Below are positions 12,871 through 26,317 of a stretch of DNA of 53,414 nucleotides, piece by piece. How positions within the stretch are numbered: position 1 is the stretch's first letter; the number at the start of each line of letters is the position of its first letter. The notes below the pieces were generated by a model. The model saw only the letters and a list, made by a program, of their open reading frames with translations, did no database searches and was not told the DNA's origin. Where the stretch lies: assembly GCF_001194135.2 (NCBI RefSeq), contig NC_068981.1:198755377-198808790 (forward strand), given 5' to 3'. The DNA comes from Octopus bimaculoides. Taxonomy: Eukaryota. The position numbers and the translations under genes were made by a program.

Positions 12871-15081
12871 CTAGAACTTTCTTCACTAAACTTATCACAT
12901 CTTTATGGCTGAATACAGTTTATGTGAGGAGAGCTTCAGTAGTTTATTTTCTGTTTGGTCATTAATATTCTTTCGGATAAAAACCCATTTCTCACAGACT
13001 CAGCAGCATAGAAGAGGCTTTGAAGTGATTTCTTAGCAAAGATGTCTTCTCTCTCTTTGAAATAATATCTAAAATAGTTCTTAAATTCTTCAGTGAAGCT
13101 GTGAAATGCCAGTCTCTTTCACAATGTTTTAGAATGAAAGAAGCTACTGAGATATCAAATGATGGAGCAGCAGTAAACTAATTAATGTTAATGAGCCAAA
13201 AATATTTAATTAATTAAAACACTTTTATTGAGAAGAAAAATCTATTTGTTTAATAATTCTGGTCAAATTCAATGGAAACAACTCTAAATCTAAATTAATT
13301 AGAAATTGAATGAGATCATGGAATGGGGAGTGAGTGTGACCATTAGCAACAGGGAAAAGAATTGTCAGCATGTTTCAGTGTTATTTGGCCTCTTCAGTGA
13401 AATATAGTCAGGCACTAAATGTTGGACAGAAATAAATATAATTAAAAATTTGAATTAATGAACACTGGCAGGTATGAAGAATTATCTTAAAAAAATAATT
13501 GGGAGAAATATATCTGAAGGTTTACATCAGATATTCATAGAATATTATAGTTCTTCAAGAAACTTTTAGCAACAATTGAAGAATTTCTAACAAATTCCAG
13601 CTTTAATAATACAAGATTCAGTCTGTAGGCAGAATAAATTTTCTTAGAACAAAATCATGTTGATGACATGATTTTCTTTCAAATAGCATCATCTCAAAGA
13701 CATTTTTGCACGTGCACAAACAGTATGATCTCGAGCCTTCAAAATATGGTTGACTGAATTTAGTCATTGTGTATTAAAGTTTGTGGTACCTTTATCTTTT
13801 AGACTTCAAACTTGAAACTGTGAAAGTGAGGTTGTTTTTCTTTTCTCTGGTTGTCTAACAGAACAGGTATGCTGTATGTCCCTTTTCTATCAATCTCAGT
13901 TAAGAACATCCATTGTTGTCTGCCAGCTTTACCTTTGTATAATCTACCGACTCCTTGTTCTGCTGTTTACCATAGACATGAGCTGATGTTACCTCAAATG
14001 CTTTGGGCCAACATCAATTCATAATTGAAGATGATTATTTGAGGGAATGTTGGTTTTGATCATTCTTCTGTCTCTTGTCCAGCTGTAGCTGATAGTCAGG
14101 GAGAGGTCGTTAAAGATTTCGTAATTAGTGCTCTGTCATTTCCTCATTAATTCAATGGATTGCCAAGTCATCTTTGATCAAACAATTGAATCTCAATCGT
14201 TGAAACTAACACCCATCCATCCATCCATCCATCCACCCGTATGCGTGTGTGATCTATCGACAGGTTTAGGATGCTTCTCTCATTTTCTCTCCTGCTTTGC
14301 ACTACCACTTGTCCCTGCTTCCCTCTTGAGAGCCATTTCTATCCCTCCTACCTTGCATCTCTCCATACATATATGCCACCCACCAAAACTCCATCCTCAT
14401 CCAACACTCACTTCAGACACCTCTACCCACACCTCTTACCATTTGTCCCTCTCCTCCCTCACTCTAACGAAATTACTCACCTCCTCCTCCTCCTCCCCCC
14501 TCCTCCCTCAGCCACTGTCCACTTCTCTTTCTCACACTCATCCTCTTGTACTTTGAGAGTTTGCTCTGTTGCCTCGTCACTATCATCTTTATCTTCTTCC
14601 CAGCTTCCCTCACATATTACAGGATAGCTATAAATGTCTTCCACCATGGGACCCCCTATGCCTGTCCCTCTATCATACTTAAGCCTTTCAACACCTGGGA
14701 TAAAGCCACCACTCCCTTGACCACCCAGTTGAGGTGGGGGACATTTTCTTGTCTTGCAGATTACTTGGTCACCTCACTCGTGGCAGTGTTATGGAAAAGC
14801 ACCCAGGACACTCTGGTTGGGGTTAAGAAGGGCCAAAGTTAATATTGGAGCTTGATAGAGCCATGCAGCTTACCATCTTCTATAAAGGCATCCACCCATG
14901 ACAATACAGAAGTTGGATGTGAAATATTTAAGAAGCTCACTTCCCAACCACATGGTTCCGGGTTCAGTTCCACTGAGCGGCACCTTGAGCAAGTGCCTTC
15001 CACTATAGTCTTGGGCCAACCAAAGCCTTGTGAGTGGATTTGATAAATAGAAACCAAAAGAAGCCTGTCACACACACACAC

Positions 15082-15116
<35 letters not shown>

Positions 15117-17162
15117 CAAATAAAAGGGTGAAGGATTATTAATTTATTAATAATTAATAATTTTTACCAAGCACTTCGGTATGTAAAAACCATTATCGGT
15201 AAAGAACTTATTTAAAAGTTCTTTTAAATTTATAAACATAATTAAGGGATCAGCAACAGTTACTTCACCACATACCGAAGTTCAGAAATAGCAGCTAAAG
15301 TGCTGAAACTCCAACAGATAGCAGTACTTGTAACTCACAAAGGCAAAACAAGAAGAAAAACAACAAAACTAACCAGTCTTAGTTAATCAGACGCATTTCT
15401 GGATCAGAATATGCATTCTCGACCAAGCGACATCGTGCATCAATATAATATAAGCAGCATATTGCTTGTGACACACATGGGAATTTTTGAGGAAGGATAA
15501 GGACTGACTAGCCTACGTAAGTTTGGAAGTGCTGAATATTACCGGAATCTCTAGGGGTGGATGAATTGACTGGACCCCTCCCCCAAAAGTGTTGGGCCTT
15601 GTGCCTAGAGTAGAAAAGAATGTAAAGGTCAAAAGTTCAAAGCTTAGTCTAGTTTTTCAAAACTTAGTAATTGTTGGACGTGTCAACTTTTTTTATAATA
15701 GAATTGTTTTAAAGTTCAGAGAAGAATATAAGTAGGTGGTATATTTTGGCTGGTCAGCTTCTTTACTCAGTTTTTGTTATTTTGGGTATTTTCTGTTTGT
15801 ATTTGGAAGATAGGGGTTGTTAGTCTGGCAGGACATAGTGCTGTTAAAGAGATTTGTTTTTTTTTGTGCTTTGATGTTCACAAGATGATGTGGGTAGGTG
15901 TAAAGGTTGTTGGTTTGCATGTTTCTCTCTGGGGGTTCATTGATCTTTAAGCAATTTGATTAATTTGTAGAAATTCTAACCTTTGTGTTTTATGGAAGCA
16001 AAGTTTGTGGGTTGCATGCTTATAACTATTTCTTCAATTCTGTTTCAAATGTGGGTACTTTTTGATATATTGTTTTAGGACCATGTATATATGTGAAAGA
16101 GTGGCATCATAAAAAGTGTGTAATATACTTGTATAAAAATGGGAATAAAATTTAATTCTAAAAATTGATTTAAAAATTTAAAATTTAACAAAAATATTAA
16201 AAAAAATATACATCATCATTTAACGTCCGTTTTCCATGCTGGCATGGGTTGGACGGTTTGGCAGGAGCTGGCAAGGCCAGGGGCCACACCAGATTCCATT
16301 GTCTATTTTGGCATGGGTTCTACAGTTGGATGCCCTTCCTAATGCCAACCACTTGGCAGAGTGGGCTGAGTGCTTTTTACATGGCACCAACAGTCACAGG
16401 CAGAGGTGGCTTTGCACCAGTTGAGGGATTAAAGGTAAAGAGGGGCAAGGATAGGGGTCTTGCTGGAGATTTGATACACGGATACCCCTTATTGGAAGAG
16501 AAAGGGGAGGAGTAAGTTGGAGAGTAAGATAAAGGGAGTGGGAGTGAGTCAGAGTGTAAGATAAAGGGAGTAAGAGAGAGAGATGGTGAAAATGTATTGA
16601 GACATGCCCTTAAGGGATATTGGGGGTGGGGTGAGAATAAGTGGGGGTGATACAGAGTGGTAATGACCATACATTATAAATAAATATATTTTAAGTCTCA
16701 GTAAATAAATGACTGCCTTCAATTTTGTCTATTTTATTTGAGGTTTTTCATATTTTCTTCTTTGCTTCTTTTACAATTAGTCTGGAACAATAAAATTCCT
16801 AAATTTATATCAGACATTTCCAGACCATCACCATTTCATTTTCAAGAATTTAATATATTTAGTGTCTGCTTTGTTTCTTATACACTCATGAAATTCATGT
16901 AGACTTTCTCTCTCCCAAACATGTGTTTTTCACTGATAGACTTCTACTGTCATCTGTTGATTTGTTGTGCTGGAAGTTTTTACGGAGAGATAGCCACATG
17001 TTAATTTTTCAGTGTTTGTTGTTTATGTATTTATTTTGTGTTGTGATATTAGTGTGGCAGAAATACATAAAAAAAGTTTGTTTTTATGTTTAGTTAGAAT
17101 AAAAACAATTTTACATCAAACTGAAGGATTATTCAATACTTTTTGTAGAGATACATTTTTAG

Positions 17163-17370
17163 TATTCTGTTGTGTCTGGAGAGAGTCCTTCCCTTTTAAT
17201 GCCTTATAATTTAACACACTCACCAATAAAGTTCCTACTCATTTACTTATTTATTTTTCTAAAATTTTTGTCGTGTCTTGCAACCTTTTCAATTGTTGTT
17301 GACTCTGTGAGTGTGTTAAATTATAAGGCACTAAAAGAGATGAATGACTCTCCCAAGACACAACAGAATA
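17163..17370. mobile_element. Small foldback/MITE with about 60-bp arms
   Basis: tattctgttgtgtc...ccttataatttaacacactcac (17163-17223) versus gtgagtgtgttaaattataagg...gacacaacagaata (17307-17370). Confidence 0.75.
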
Positions 17371-17460
17371 TGCTTCAACACACGAAAGAATTATGTACAC
17401 TCTGTAAGTGAAAAGATGAAAGAGGAGACACAAAGGTTTTCTTTTGAATTGTAATTAACC

Positions 17461-17466
17461 TTTATT
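17461..17466 (-). terminator. Candidate distal polyadenylation signal (AATAAA) for Cds
   Basis: Minus strand gtgaAATAAAggttaattacaattcaaaag followed by a U/GU-rich tract (cctttgtgtctcctctttc), at the far end of a transposon-free zone. Other AATAAA hexamers exist more proximally. Confidence 0.35.
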
Positions 17467-18662
17467 TCACATTACAACAAATAGGCTTAAAAATAAAATA
17501 GAAAACATACAACAAAATATTTTGGTAAACAGAAATATTAAACTGAACAGTTTCAGTTGCATTGAAGAACTAGGTTTGGAATATGAATTTAGAAATTAAC
17601 AATTCTTTGACTAAATACTGTGAATAATTTTGTGCAATTTTCAATAAATAGATTTGAATTATAAATAAAAGATAAAGAATAAAAATGAATATAAAAAAAA
17701 AAACATGACAAAAAAGACTGCAACAACTGTTGTTTTAAGGATCTTTGGAACGAAATACTGATTAGAAATAGAGCAAAAACCGTGTGGTTGCGGATGAGTT
17801 GCCAGCTCTTCTCCCATGTAACCTGGGAGAAGATTTCATGGTTGAAGTGAGCTGAGATTCACAACAATTTCCAGAAATCACATCCACTACGAAACAGGGT
17901 GTAGTTTATAGAAATGACACCCGAAATCAATTTACCTGGGTGTGTTTGGCAGCTCTACAATGTTTTATAACAACAACAATAATATTTATGGAATAACACA
18001 CTGAAAGACAGAATATTTCATTTTGTCGTGACAAACAAAAATTTAATGGAATTTAACAAAAATTTTTTTATAAAGCTTCAATGCAAACTATTAACTATGA
18101 GAGTGTATACGAACACTTTACAGTTGTTTGTGTGTGTATAACACAATACATAGGTATATATGCCGGACACTGCACTTATGCATGTACTTGATACTACACG
18201 TGTGTGTACGACACTGCACACCTGTATGTGTGTGTGTGTGTATAGCACTACATATGTATGCATGCCACTGTACACATGTAGAACACACTCCACATGTATG
18301 TGCAGGTCACAGAACCTCTGAATGTGGGGTCGAAATAGCTTCTATGAACTAAACCTAAAATGTAAACAGTGAAGGCAAAAGAGAAGCTGGTAGTGCAGTG
18401 GTTTTTCTTACACACAAATCGAATGTTTACCTTTTGACAAACTAGAAAATATTTGTCACTTAAATATGCTGACTCATTTGTGTTCCACCCATATATTTAT
18501 TGCTCTTTAAATTCATCTTTATGCTTCTATATAGCCACATATCTTTATACACACATTCTTGTATGTATGTATGTACATAGACACACACACACCTGCATAT
18601 AAATACATCTGTTCCCAGAAAATGTCTGTTAAACTGAGAAAAGATTTAAGAAATAATCCTAT

Positions 18663-18693
<31 letters not shown>

Positions 18694-19886
18694 CCATCTC
18701 AGTCCTTTTGTCCCATCAGTAAGATGTCTTCTCATTCCCTTTACAGTAGACTTGTTGGATATTTTGACTTCAGACCAAATCTTAAAATGGGAGAACCCGA
18801 TGACACCAGTGATTGTTAATCAGATGTCACAAGTCAAGAAGCTCTATTTCAATACAGCAACAATGTTTTACAAAACTCTTTAGACTTCTAATAGAGGAAT
18901 TCAATGTGCATGGAACTGGACATGGGAAATCAATGTCGAATATTGCCAACAGAGCCAAAATACTCTTTGTTTTCAATGAAAGGCAATCGATCTTAGCGAA
19001 CCATTAGAAAAGAATATTTAAAATATGAAATTTTATGAATAAATAATTTAAGTTAAGAATTCCTCTTCTAAAATAGTTGAAACAGTTCTTANNNNNNNNN
19101 NCCGTTTCATCCCATATTGAATAAATATTAAAAAATGTTGAGAAATAGTCTTAGAATCACTTGTCAGTCAAGTTTGAAATGGAAAATGTTGATTGTAGCG
19201 TAATTTTATAATTTTTGTAAATAAAGAGAAACGCTTAATGTCAAAGATGGAAGAAAATTGGAGAAAGTGGGACAGTTGCTAAAATAGTCAATGAAATACA
19301 TTCCGTAATTTTGATGTAGTGAAACTGATTTTGAGAAGTGACTAAGATAAGTCTCTATCATTTCAGGGATCTAAATTTTTTCCCCCTTTCATTGGGGTTT
19401 ACAAAACTAAACTAAATTAAACTAGAACAGGAAACAAGAATTTATAATTAACAGAAACAATATCGGAAAAAAAAAAAAAATACTAGGCATTTTACAGAGG
19501 TTGTCAAAGAAAAGTTAATACAAACGAGGTACCATTAGCTCTACTCCCAGGAAGTTTACAAGACATAACCAAGATGTCATTGTCCATTACTACAAGTAGA
19601 GCATCTCATAGCGGAAGAAGACATGAAATATTTAGAAAAGTGCGTAGTTGACTGTATCCAGTACCTTACAGAAAAATGAAATCATTGGAATAAGAATTCT
19701 AGAATCAATATTTTCCATATTTTTCATGACTGTAAATGAAGAATTTAGTTTTACAATATTAATGGATTGGACGGGATAGAATAGATGTAAATATATAAAC
19801 ACACAAATAAGATACCTGTGTGTTTGTGTGTAGATAGAGATATACACACGTATATTTGTGTGTGTATATATACACATGTGCATGTA

Positions 19887-19921
<35 letters not shown>

Positions 19922-21025
19922 CCACATTTGTATATATATATATATATATAAAAGAATATACACTTTTCTATCTATATCCACACACACACACAAACATCTG
20001 ATTTTACTTTTCCACTTTAGATTTAGTTAAAAAGTTTATCAAGAGATGAACAATAAATTAATTTGAAACAGAAGCATGATGTGAAGGAAGAGTTTTCAGC
20101 ATAATTTATTTTGGAGAACAAAAAAAAAAACAGGAATGCAAAATAAATATTTATAGAAAACTTTTTCTGACGAATCAAAAACATCAATGAATAGATTTTG
20201 TTTATATTTTATTGCACTTGATAACATTTAGAAACTCTTGTACAATAACAAAGAGATATATGCTCCACAAAACTGCAGTATTTGTTGTCTATAGTTTAGC
20301 ACACAGAAAAACCAAGCATCCATTATGTTCTGCAAGTGTTACGATAGGATAAAACAGTTGTGTACATCAATAGCTTTACTGCAATAACAGAGAAATCATT
20401 TAAATTATTGATAAACAGAAACTAAATTTACAAATCAAGTGTTTAATCATTTATGTTTTGGTATTTTTCTCATCGAAATATTTCTCATCTGTCTAGAGAA
20501 GAATATTATTAATGCTATTGACGGCAACCATAAAAAACGACAGGGGAAAAATTCTCGCTAATTTGTTGTTTTTCTTTCCTAGGGAATGGACTGCCATTGC
20601 TTGACTGTATTTTATTAGGATGAAAAACTATTTGCAGTTGGTCTCTTTGCAAGTTAGCCTTAGCATAAATAAATATATGAAGACGATGGGTGGGGTTTAA
20701 AATATATCTTAATATAGCTTGGATGTTGTTTTGCTTAACATGCTCTCCTGAAATAAATCTTATTTTGTTGTGTGTTGCGAAAAATAAAAATAATTTCCTA
20801 TATTCCTAAACATGAAATGTTTGTGTACTTTAAAAAATGATTTCAAGAAAAAGTAAGCGGAAAAGTGAAACCCTTCTTTATACAAATTTTAAAATTATAT
20901 TTTAAAGATAATAACTGTAACTAAAAAATAAACAATATTTCCATTTTGGGACAATGAAAATATTGGCCATTTCCTTTGTAGCAGATTTTAATTTATTATA
21001 TTTTGTATAATATTAAAATGTTATA

Positions 21026-21027
<2 letters not shown>

Positions 21028-21076
<49 letters not shown>
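21028..21076. repeat. (TG)n microsatellite; one of many simple repeats
   Basis: Others include (TA)n/(CATA)n at 1-50, a CT-rich compound repeat at about 12780-12870, poly-T at about 18665-18692, (TG)n at about 45132-45194, and (AACC)n and (CAA)n at about 50600-50670. Confidence 0.95.
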
Positions 21077-21078
<2 letters not shown>

Positions 21079-23564
21079 TAAATCATAAGTAGAGAGAGAG
21101 AATCGGGTATTCTAATGATAAAACAAAACCAAAAAGTTTATAAAAGAACAAATGTCTAATGCTGCATGTGTGAGCAATTTTGAAAAGGTGTTTAATATCT
21201 TGACAATGTCTGCTAGTAGTTTTGTCAGAAGACAAAAAAAAAAAGAAATTCTTGTAATAACCAAAATAAACCCCAGCCAATTGTGACATAACAGGGTCTT
21301 CTTGGAACAACTTCAACAGTAGTAATTTTTACATCATACGTGTGTGTGTGTGTGTGTGTAAAACAGAAACTGTCGTTACTTTTCTGCTCATGTATAACAG
21401 ATACACAATTGTTAATGAAATTTGGATGCAGTTATTCTGAAAGACATCATTTGTTTGAATGTGAATTGTTCCTGAAACTTCTGTTTGAGGCTATAATTTA
21501 GGGCTGTTTTCCCCACCATTCCCGATTATTCAACTTTTAAGTACCATTGTCTCTCCCCCACAGATTATAAAATTTGTTCTATTGAATAAACCCCAGATTT
21601 GATCCATACATGATCCATGACCACTCTAACCCACCCACACACCCCAAATATTAAAAGAAAATTAATAAAAATCTCACTGCTGCCAACCCCCTCCTCTTAT
21701 TCCAGTCTTGATTTGCTTTCAAACTAACTTTAAAGAAATACACCCAAAAATATTTCCTATTTTCAAGCAACAAACTTTTACTCTAAAACCATTTCTAATG
21801 CATTCTGGGATTTTACAGAGGTCTCTTACAGCCTTGATAAATTCATCTGATGCCACAAAATAAAGATGAACTTCTTAGACTAACATTCCATTTATGTACA
21901 TACATGTAAAGGTCTTCTATATTGTGTGTGTGTGTGTGTGTAATTAGTAAGTTCAAAGTTGATTGTCATGAGATAACGAGGTAAAGACATGAATAAAGAG
22001 AAGCAGGGACTTAATAAACTGGTGAAAGAAGAAGAATCTCGAGACAAACTGGAATGTTAGCAAGAAGGCTCCAAATGAAACGGAGTAACTATTAGGTTAG
22101 TTAGCATGGACCCAGTAGCTAATATTAGTGGCTCAAAGTTCAGTGGGGCAGGTCTGTACTATTACTACTACTATTTAAAACTATAAAGATCTGAACACAA
22201 TCAAAATGGACCAGATTGGCAAATAATAAAAAGTGGGAAAAGCCATTGGCTTCTGAAAAATAGTTAAAATAAGAACATTTTTGGAATGAATAATCTTTTG
22301 AAAAAATAAACACCAGACTGAATTTGCGTTTTACTGATTTTTCTCTTCCTATGTCTGAGTAAATTTACCTGATTAGAGGCAAGATTCAGTTCCTTAATTT
22401 CTAAGAAAATTAAAGTTTTAAATGACATCTAAATGAAATGTAAGGCTGCAATAATTATCCAATTAGCAGACAACAATAGTATTTCAATAACTGGCCATAT
22501 GTGTGCGGTGAGAATTGCGAAAGAGATCAGGTATCACTGGCAATACCAACAGTGCTGCCAACGTATCATTGACTAATCAATCTTATATAATTGATCTGCT
22601 GGAATTGAATGGAATACAACATTGGTTTGGAAATTATTTCACTTTTGAACATTTCAATTTCATATCCAAGACACTCTGATTATTATTATTATTATTAATT
22701 TTTTTCTTCTTTTCTTTCAGAAGTGACTCCAGTTTGAAGCTTAATGTGCAACAAATCAAGCAGAGAAGAGGATGGAGGTTCATTTCATAATTATGGGAAA
22801 CATTTTGGGGGAGTTTAATAGTAAATAACAATGAGAAGTGGTGGTGGTGAGGGGNNNNNNNNNNNNNNNNNNNNNNNNNNNNNNNNNNNNNNNNNNNNNN
22901 NNNNNNNNNNNNNNNNNNNNNNNNNNNNNNNNNNNNNNNNNNNNNNAATATTGTGAGGCCAGAAGTGAATGTTGTCTGCATGACATCAACAATCGGATGA
23001 TGACGATGACACAGGCCTCACTTTTTTTTCTTTTTATACTGACTATGTAGAATTTACTTCTTTCTACCAGTTATAACAACAAAAAGAAATTCACTGGTGA
23101 TCATATCACAGTACTATGAATGCTATACATTAACAGTTCGAGGTTTGTATATATAAAGAGATTTTATTGTGGCCATTACACTTGCCAACTGTAAGCTAAG
23201 AGGAGGGGGTGGGAGTTAATTATAAGAAGAAGCGGGAGGAACAAAAGACCCAATGTCCACCTGAGAAGCATGCTTTACTAAACACTGCTTAAAGCTATTG
23301 GAGGGAAAAAGAGAAAGAAAGAAACAAAAAGTGGAGGAGGAGGAGAAGGTGGGGTAGTTGTTTAGATTAATTGGGGTGCAATAATTGTTTTGCACTCACC
23401 CAATCTGTGGTTGGCACTACTATTTAATTAATGGTTTTTATCATTTGGGGTGTCATTTAGTTTGTTTGGCAGTGAAATTCTACCAGAACATTCTGTCTCG
23501 TTTAACACCACAAAACCACCATCGTTATTTGTTGTGTGTTTTGGCGCTGAGCTCAATAATGTTT

Positions 23565-23697
23565 CTACAACACAGAACTGGTTGCATTGATCAGGCTGGT
23601 ATCAATGAGCGTCTGATGCAACAGGTTGTACACGTGCAGTTGTTCGTCTGGTTTAAGCATCAGAATGTTTTGAAGAATCTTCTGTGGGTTATGGAGC
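23565..23697 (-). CDS. Cds: Cds terminal coding exon H, 133 nt including the TAG stop
   Basis: Acceptor cctatttcag|G. (R)LHNPQKILQNILMLKPDEQLHVYNLLHQTLIDTSLINATSSVL* resembles the vertebrate CDS2 C-terminus (NP.K..Q..L.L.PD.QLH..N.L...LID). The eight exons total 1062 nt and stay in frame. Confidence 0.93.
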
Positions 23698-24069
23698 CTG
23701 AAATAGGAGGAGAGAAGCAATTAATGGTAGATTCTACAGACACACACACGAACGGTTCTCTAATGTAGTCAAACGACCTGCTAGAAATAGCAGTCAAGTA
23801 CCCTAAGAAAAGGGAACCTGAGATAATGCAGTCTTGGTTACATTGACCGAAAATACAAGACATAGTGAAGGTCGGAATAATCGAACCGTAACCCCCAGCC
23901 ATCCCCAAATTGTACAACAACACAGTTGTGGGGAATATAATAAAGATATGAATAATATAAATATGTAAACAACAACATTACTACTAATAATAACAATGAT
24001 GTTGGAGTTTACCATCGAAGACAACAAACGAGCCTTCAGCTTTTGCTGAACGACCTCCACAGATGATTT

Positions 24070-24295
24070 TGGTTAGAGAGATCAAGTGCTTGGGCCACAC
24101 ATTAGATCACTCTCTCCCTCAAATCAATGTTGTTTGAACAGGTGCCACTGTGTACCACGCGTCAGGTGTCAAAGTGATTGCAGAGCAGCGTGGAATGAAG
24201 TGTTTTGCTCAAGAACACAAGGCACCACTTGGTCTGGGAATTGAAATCACAATCTAGTGATCGTGAGTGCAACACTCTAACCACTAGGCCAAGTA
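24070..24295 (-). mobile_element. tRNA-derived SINE family 3
   Basis: Minus strand ggcctagtggttagagtgttgcactcacgatc, then gatttcaattccc and gtgttcttgagcaaaacacttc. Related copies at about 52810-53005 (-) and, more distantly, 42770-42980 (-). Confidence 0.75.
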
Positions 24296-24302
24296 CCCTC
24301 AT

Positions 24303-24530
24303 TATAATAATAATAATGGTTTCAAATTTTGGCACAAGGCCAGCAATTTTGGAGGAGGGGGTAAGTTGATTATATCAACTTCAATATGCAACTGGTACTT
24401 AATTTATTGACACCTAAAAGATGAAAAGCAAAGTTGACCTTCGTGGAATTAGAACTCAGAATGTAAAGACAAAGAAATGGTTGCTAAGCCTTTTGCCTGC
24501 CTTGCTAACAATTCTGCCAGCTCACTGCCT
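24303..24530 (-). mobile_element. tRNA-derived SINE family 2 with (ATT)n tail
   Basis: Minus strand A box (tggcagaattgttag), B box (gagttctaattcc) and (ATT)n tail. Further copies at about 24955-25190, 46978-47190, 47205-47400, 50330-50470 and 51530-51640 (all -), plus degenerate pieces at about 6855-7045 and 15560-15620 (+). Confidence 0.8.
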
Positions 24531-24544
24531 TTTTTATTTACCAC

Positions 24545-24955
24545 AATGATGGACATTGTTGTGGTGAAGAAAGAACCTGCATGATTATCGACATAGCATG
24601 CTCCGATGACAAGAGAATCAATGTGAAAGAAGAAGAAGAAATAAACAACTATGACGATCTGAAGTGGGAAATACGAAAGTTGTGGTCAAAGAAGAAAGTA
24701 GACGAGATACGAATAGTAATTGGTGCAGTTGGAAGTATCAGCATTTAACTACCAACATGGCTGAAAGAGATTGGAGCAAGTGCGAAGGGTGAACACCTAC
24801 AAGAATCAGCATTGGTTGGAACTGGAAGAAATCCTGGCAGGGTTCTTGAAGCATGACCAATAAACAAGTGTCCCCTTAGTCACTTGGCTGGGGACAGCTG
24901 ACCCTCTTTCCATCCATACCAAGCAAAATAAGCTGTGAGTTTTCATATAACAATA
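24545..24955 (+). mobile_element. R4/Dong-like (RLE) LINE 3' end
   Basis: DIVVVKKE, CMIIDIACSDDKRINVKEEEINNYDDLKWEIRKLW, IVIGAVGSI and HLQESALVGTGR give the RLE nuclease (PD..D/ExK) C-terminus. Followed by (AAT)n. Confidence 0.8.
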
Positions 24956-25229
24956 ATTAATAATAATAATAATCCTTCCTACTGAAGGCACAAGGCCTGA
25001 AATTTGGGGGAGGGGATAGTTGATAACATCAACTCCAGTATGTAACTGGTACTTTATTTATCAACCCCCGCGAAAGGATGAAAGGCAAAGTCGACCTCAG
25101 CAGAATTTGAACTTGGAATGTAAAGGCAGACACAATGCCACTAAGCCTTTTTCCCAGCGTGTTAACGGTTCTGCCACTTTGCTGCCTTGGGGGTGAGAGT
25201 GTGGCATGGTCAGGTAGGCCATTCACAAG

Positions 25230-25479
25230 TGAAAAGTTCTTAATGTTGTTTTAATATTGGATCCATGTTCACTGAGCAGAGGTAATAATTGATGGAATCT
25301 CTAGCCTTGACAACACACACACACTTGAATGACATGAACCTCCAACCCAAACGATTTTGCACACATCACATTAGCAAAAAATAAAGATGGATACTTTTTG
25401 AATGCATCCCATATTTTGTGTTGGTGGTGTGAGATGTTTTATGCATGGGATTCTCTATGTATTCTCCTTTCATGTCATT

Positions 25480-25514
<35 letters not shown>

Positions 25515-25597
25515 TGTCAAGGCTGGAGATTCCATCAATTATTACCTTTGCTTAGTGAACATGGATCCAATCTTAAAACAACATTAAGAATTTTTCA
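25230..25597. mobile_element. Foldback element with 110-130-bp arms
   Basis: 25230-25338 is the reverse complement of 25469-25597 apart from a few substitutions and the (CA)n/(TG)n length. Confidence 0.85.
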
Positions 25598-26213
25598 TTA
25601 AATCTTGAAGAGTTTTAATACTAAAATACAAAAAAACTACCCAAAATAGATCATTTGAAAGAAAGTAAACCATTTTTAGTAGAGCCAATTCTAAGACAAT
25701 ATGAAGATTACTATCAAATAAATGGCTAAACTTGTACAGATTGCTATCTCACAAATAGTCAGACTTGCATAGATTGTTCTCACATAAATACTTGTTCAAT
25801 AAAGCTGCAATTGATAATATCTAGCAAAGTTGTTTGTTTTTTCAACCTGATATTTTTGCATCCATTTGCAAAGCATTTTCTTTTCCAAACAAATATTTAA
25901 CACACTTCCATAAATTTTTTCTTCAAACTGAATCAGTCCCACATTCATCTATCATGTGAAATGGTAAATTCCCGTGAACATCTCAACCAATTCTATTTCT
26001 CTTTTGGAGCGAAGAATGAACAGGAAAAGTATTACAAGTGTTCCACTTGCTGTAATCCCGGTCTTTTTCTCTGTGTCTCTACAACACAACCATTTCATTA
26101 ATGGTTGTTGTCCAGCACAACAGACAATTCCAACGAATTACCATGGAATGTGTTCTCTGAAGGTGTCTACTTTAGAACTATTTTGGAAGACAGAGAAGAA
26201 AAGAGAGGTTTAC

Positions 26214-26317
26214 CTAATAAAGCTTGTATAGTAAACATGGATGAATGTAGCCATAAGGAACTGGCAGTCGAATCGATCCATGATTCCTCCATGTCCTGGA
26301 ATGATGTCACCAAAGTC
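26214..26317 (-). CDS. Cds: Cds exon G, 104 nt, phase 0-2
   Basis: Acceptor gttgttacag|GAC, donor AG|gtaaac. [34 protein letters not shown](R) carries the catalytic HGG..DR.D motif. Confidence 0.98.

Noticed and set aside
13365-13400. Minus-strand CTGAAGA...GAAAC hammerhead-like motif, and a similar one near 27035-27060
   Set aside because: Stems II and III do not pair convincingly and the second has a broken core. At best these are decayed Penelope remnants.
15640-16110. Possible Penelope GIY-YIG remnant, and an HVDDMIF string near 13660
   Set aside because: The resemblance is too weak and fragmentary to call by eye. It would need a translated profile search.
17807-17833. Perfect 10-bp hairpin in the putative 3' UTR
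   Set aside because: About one such hairpin is expected by chance in 53 kb.
26209-26213. In-frame TAA immediately after the exon G donor, suggesting a short isoform ending FIR*
   Set aside because: This follows automatically from GTAA at a phase-2 junction, and the exon C donor does the same. No independent support.
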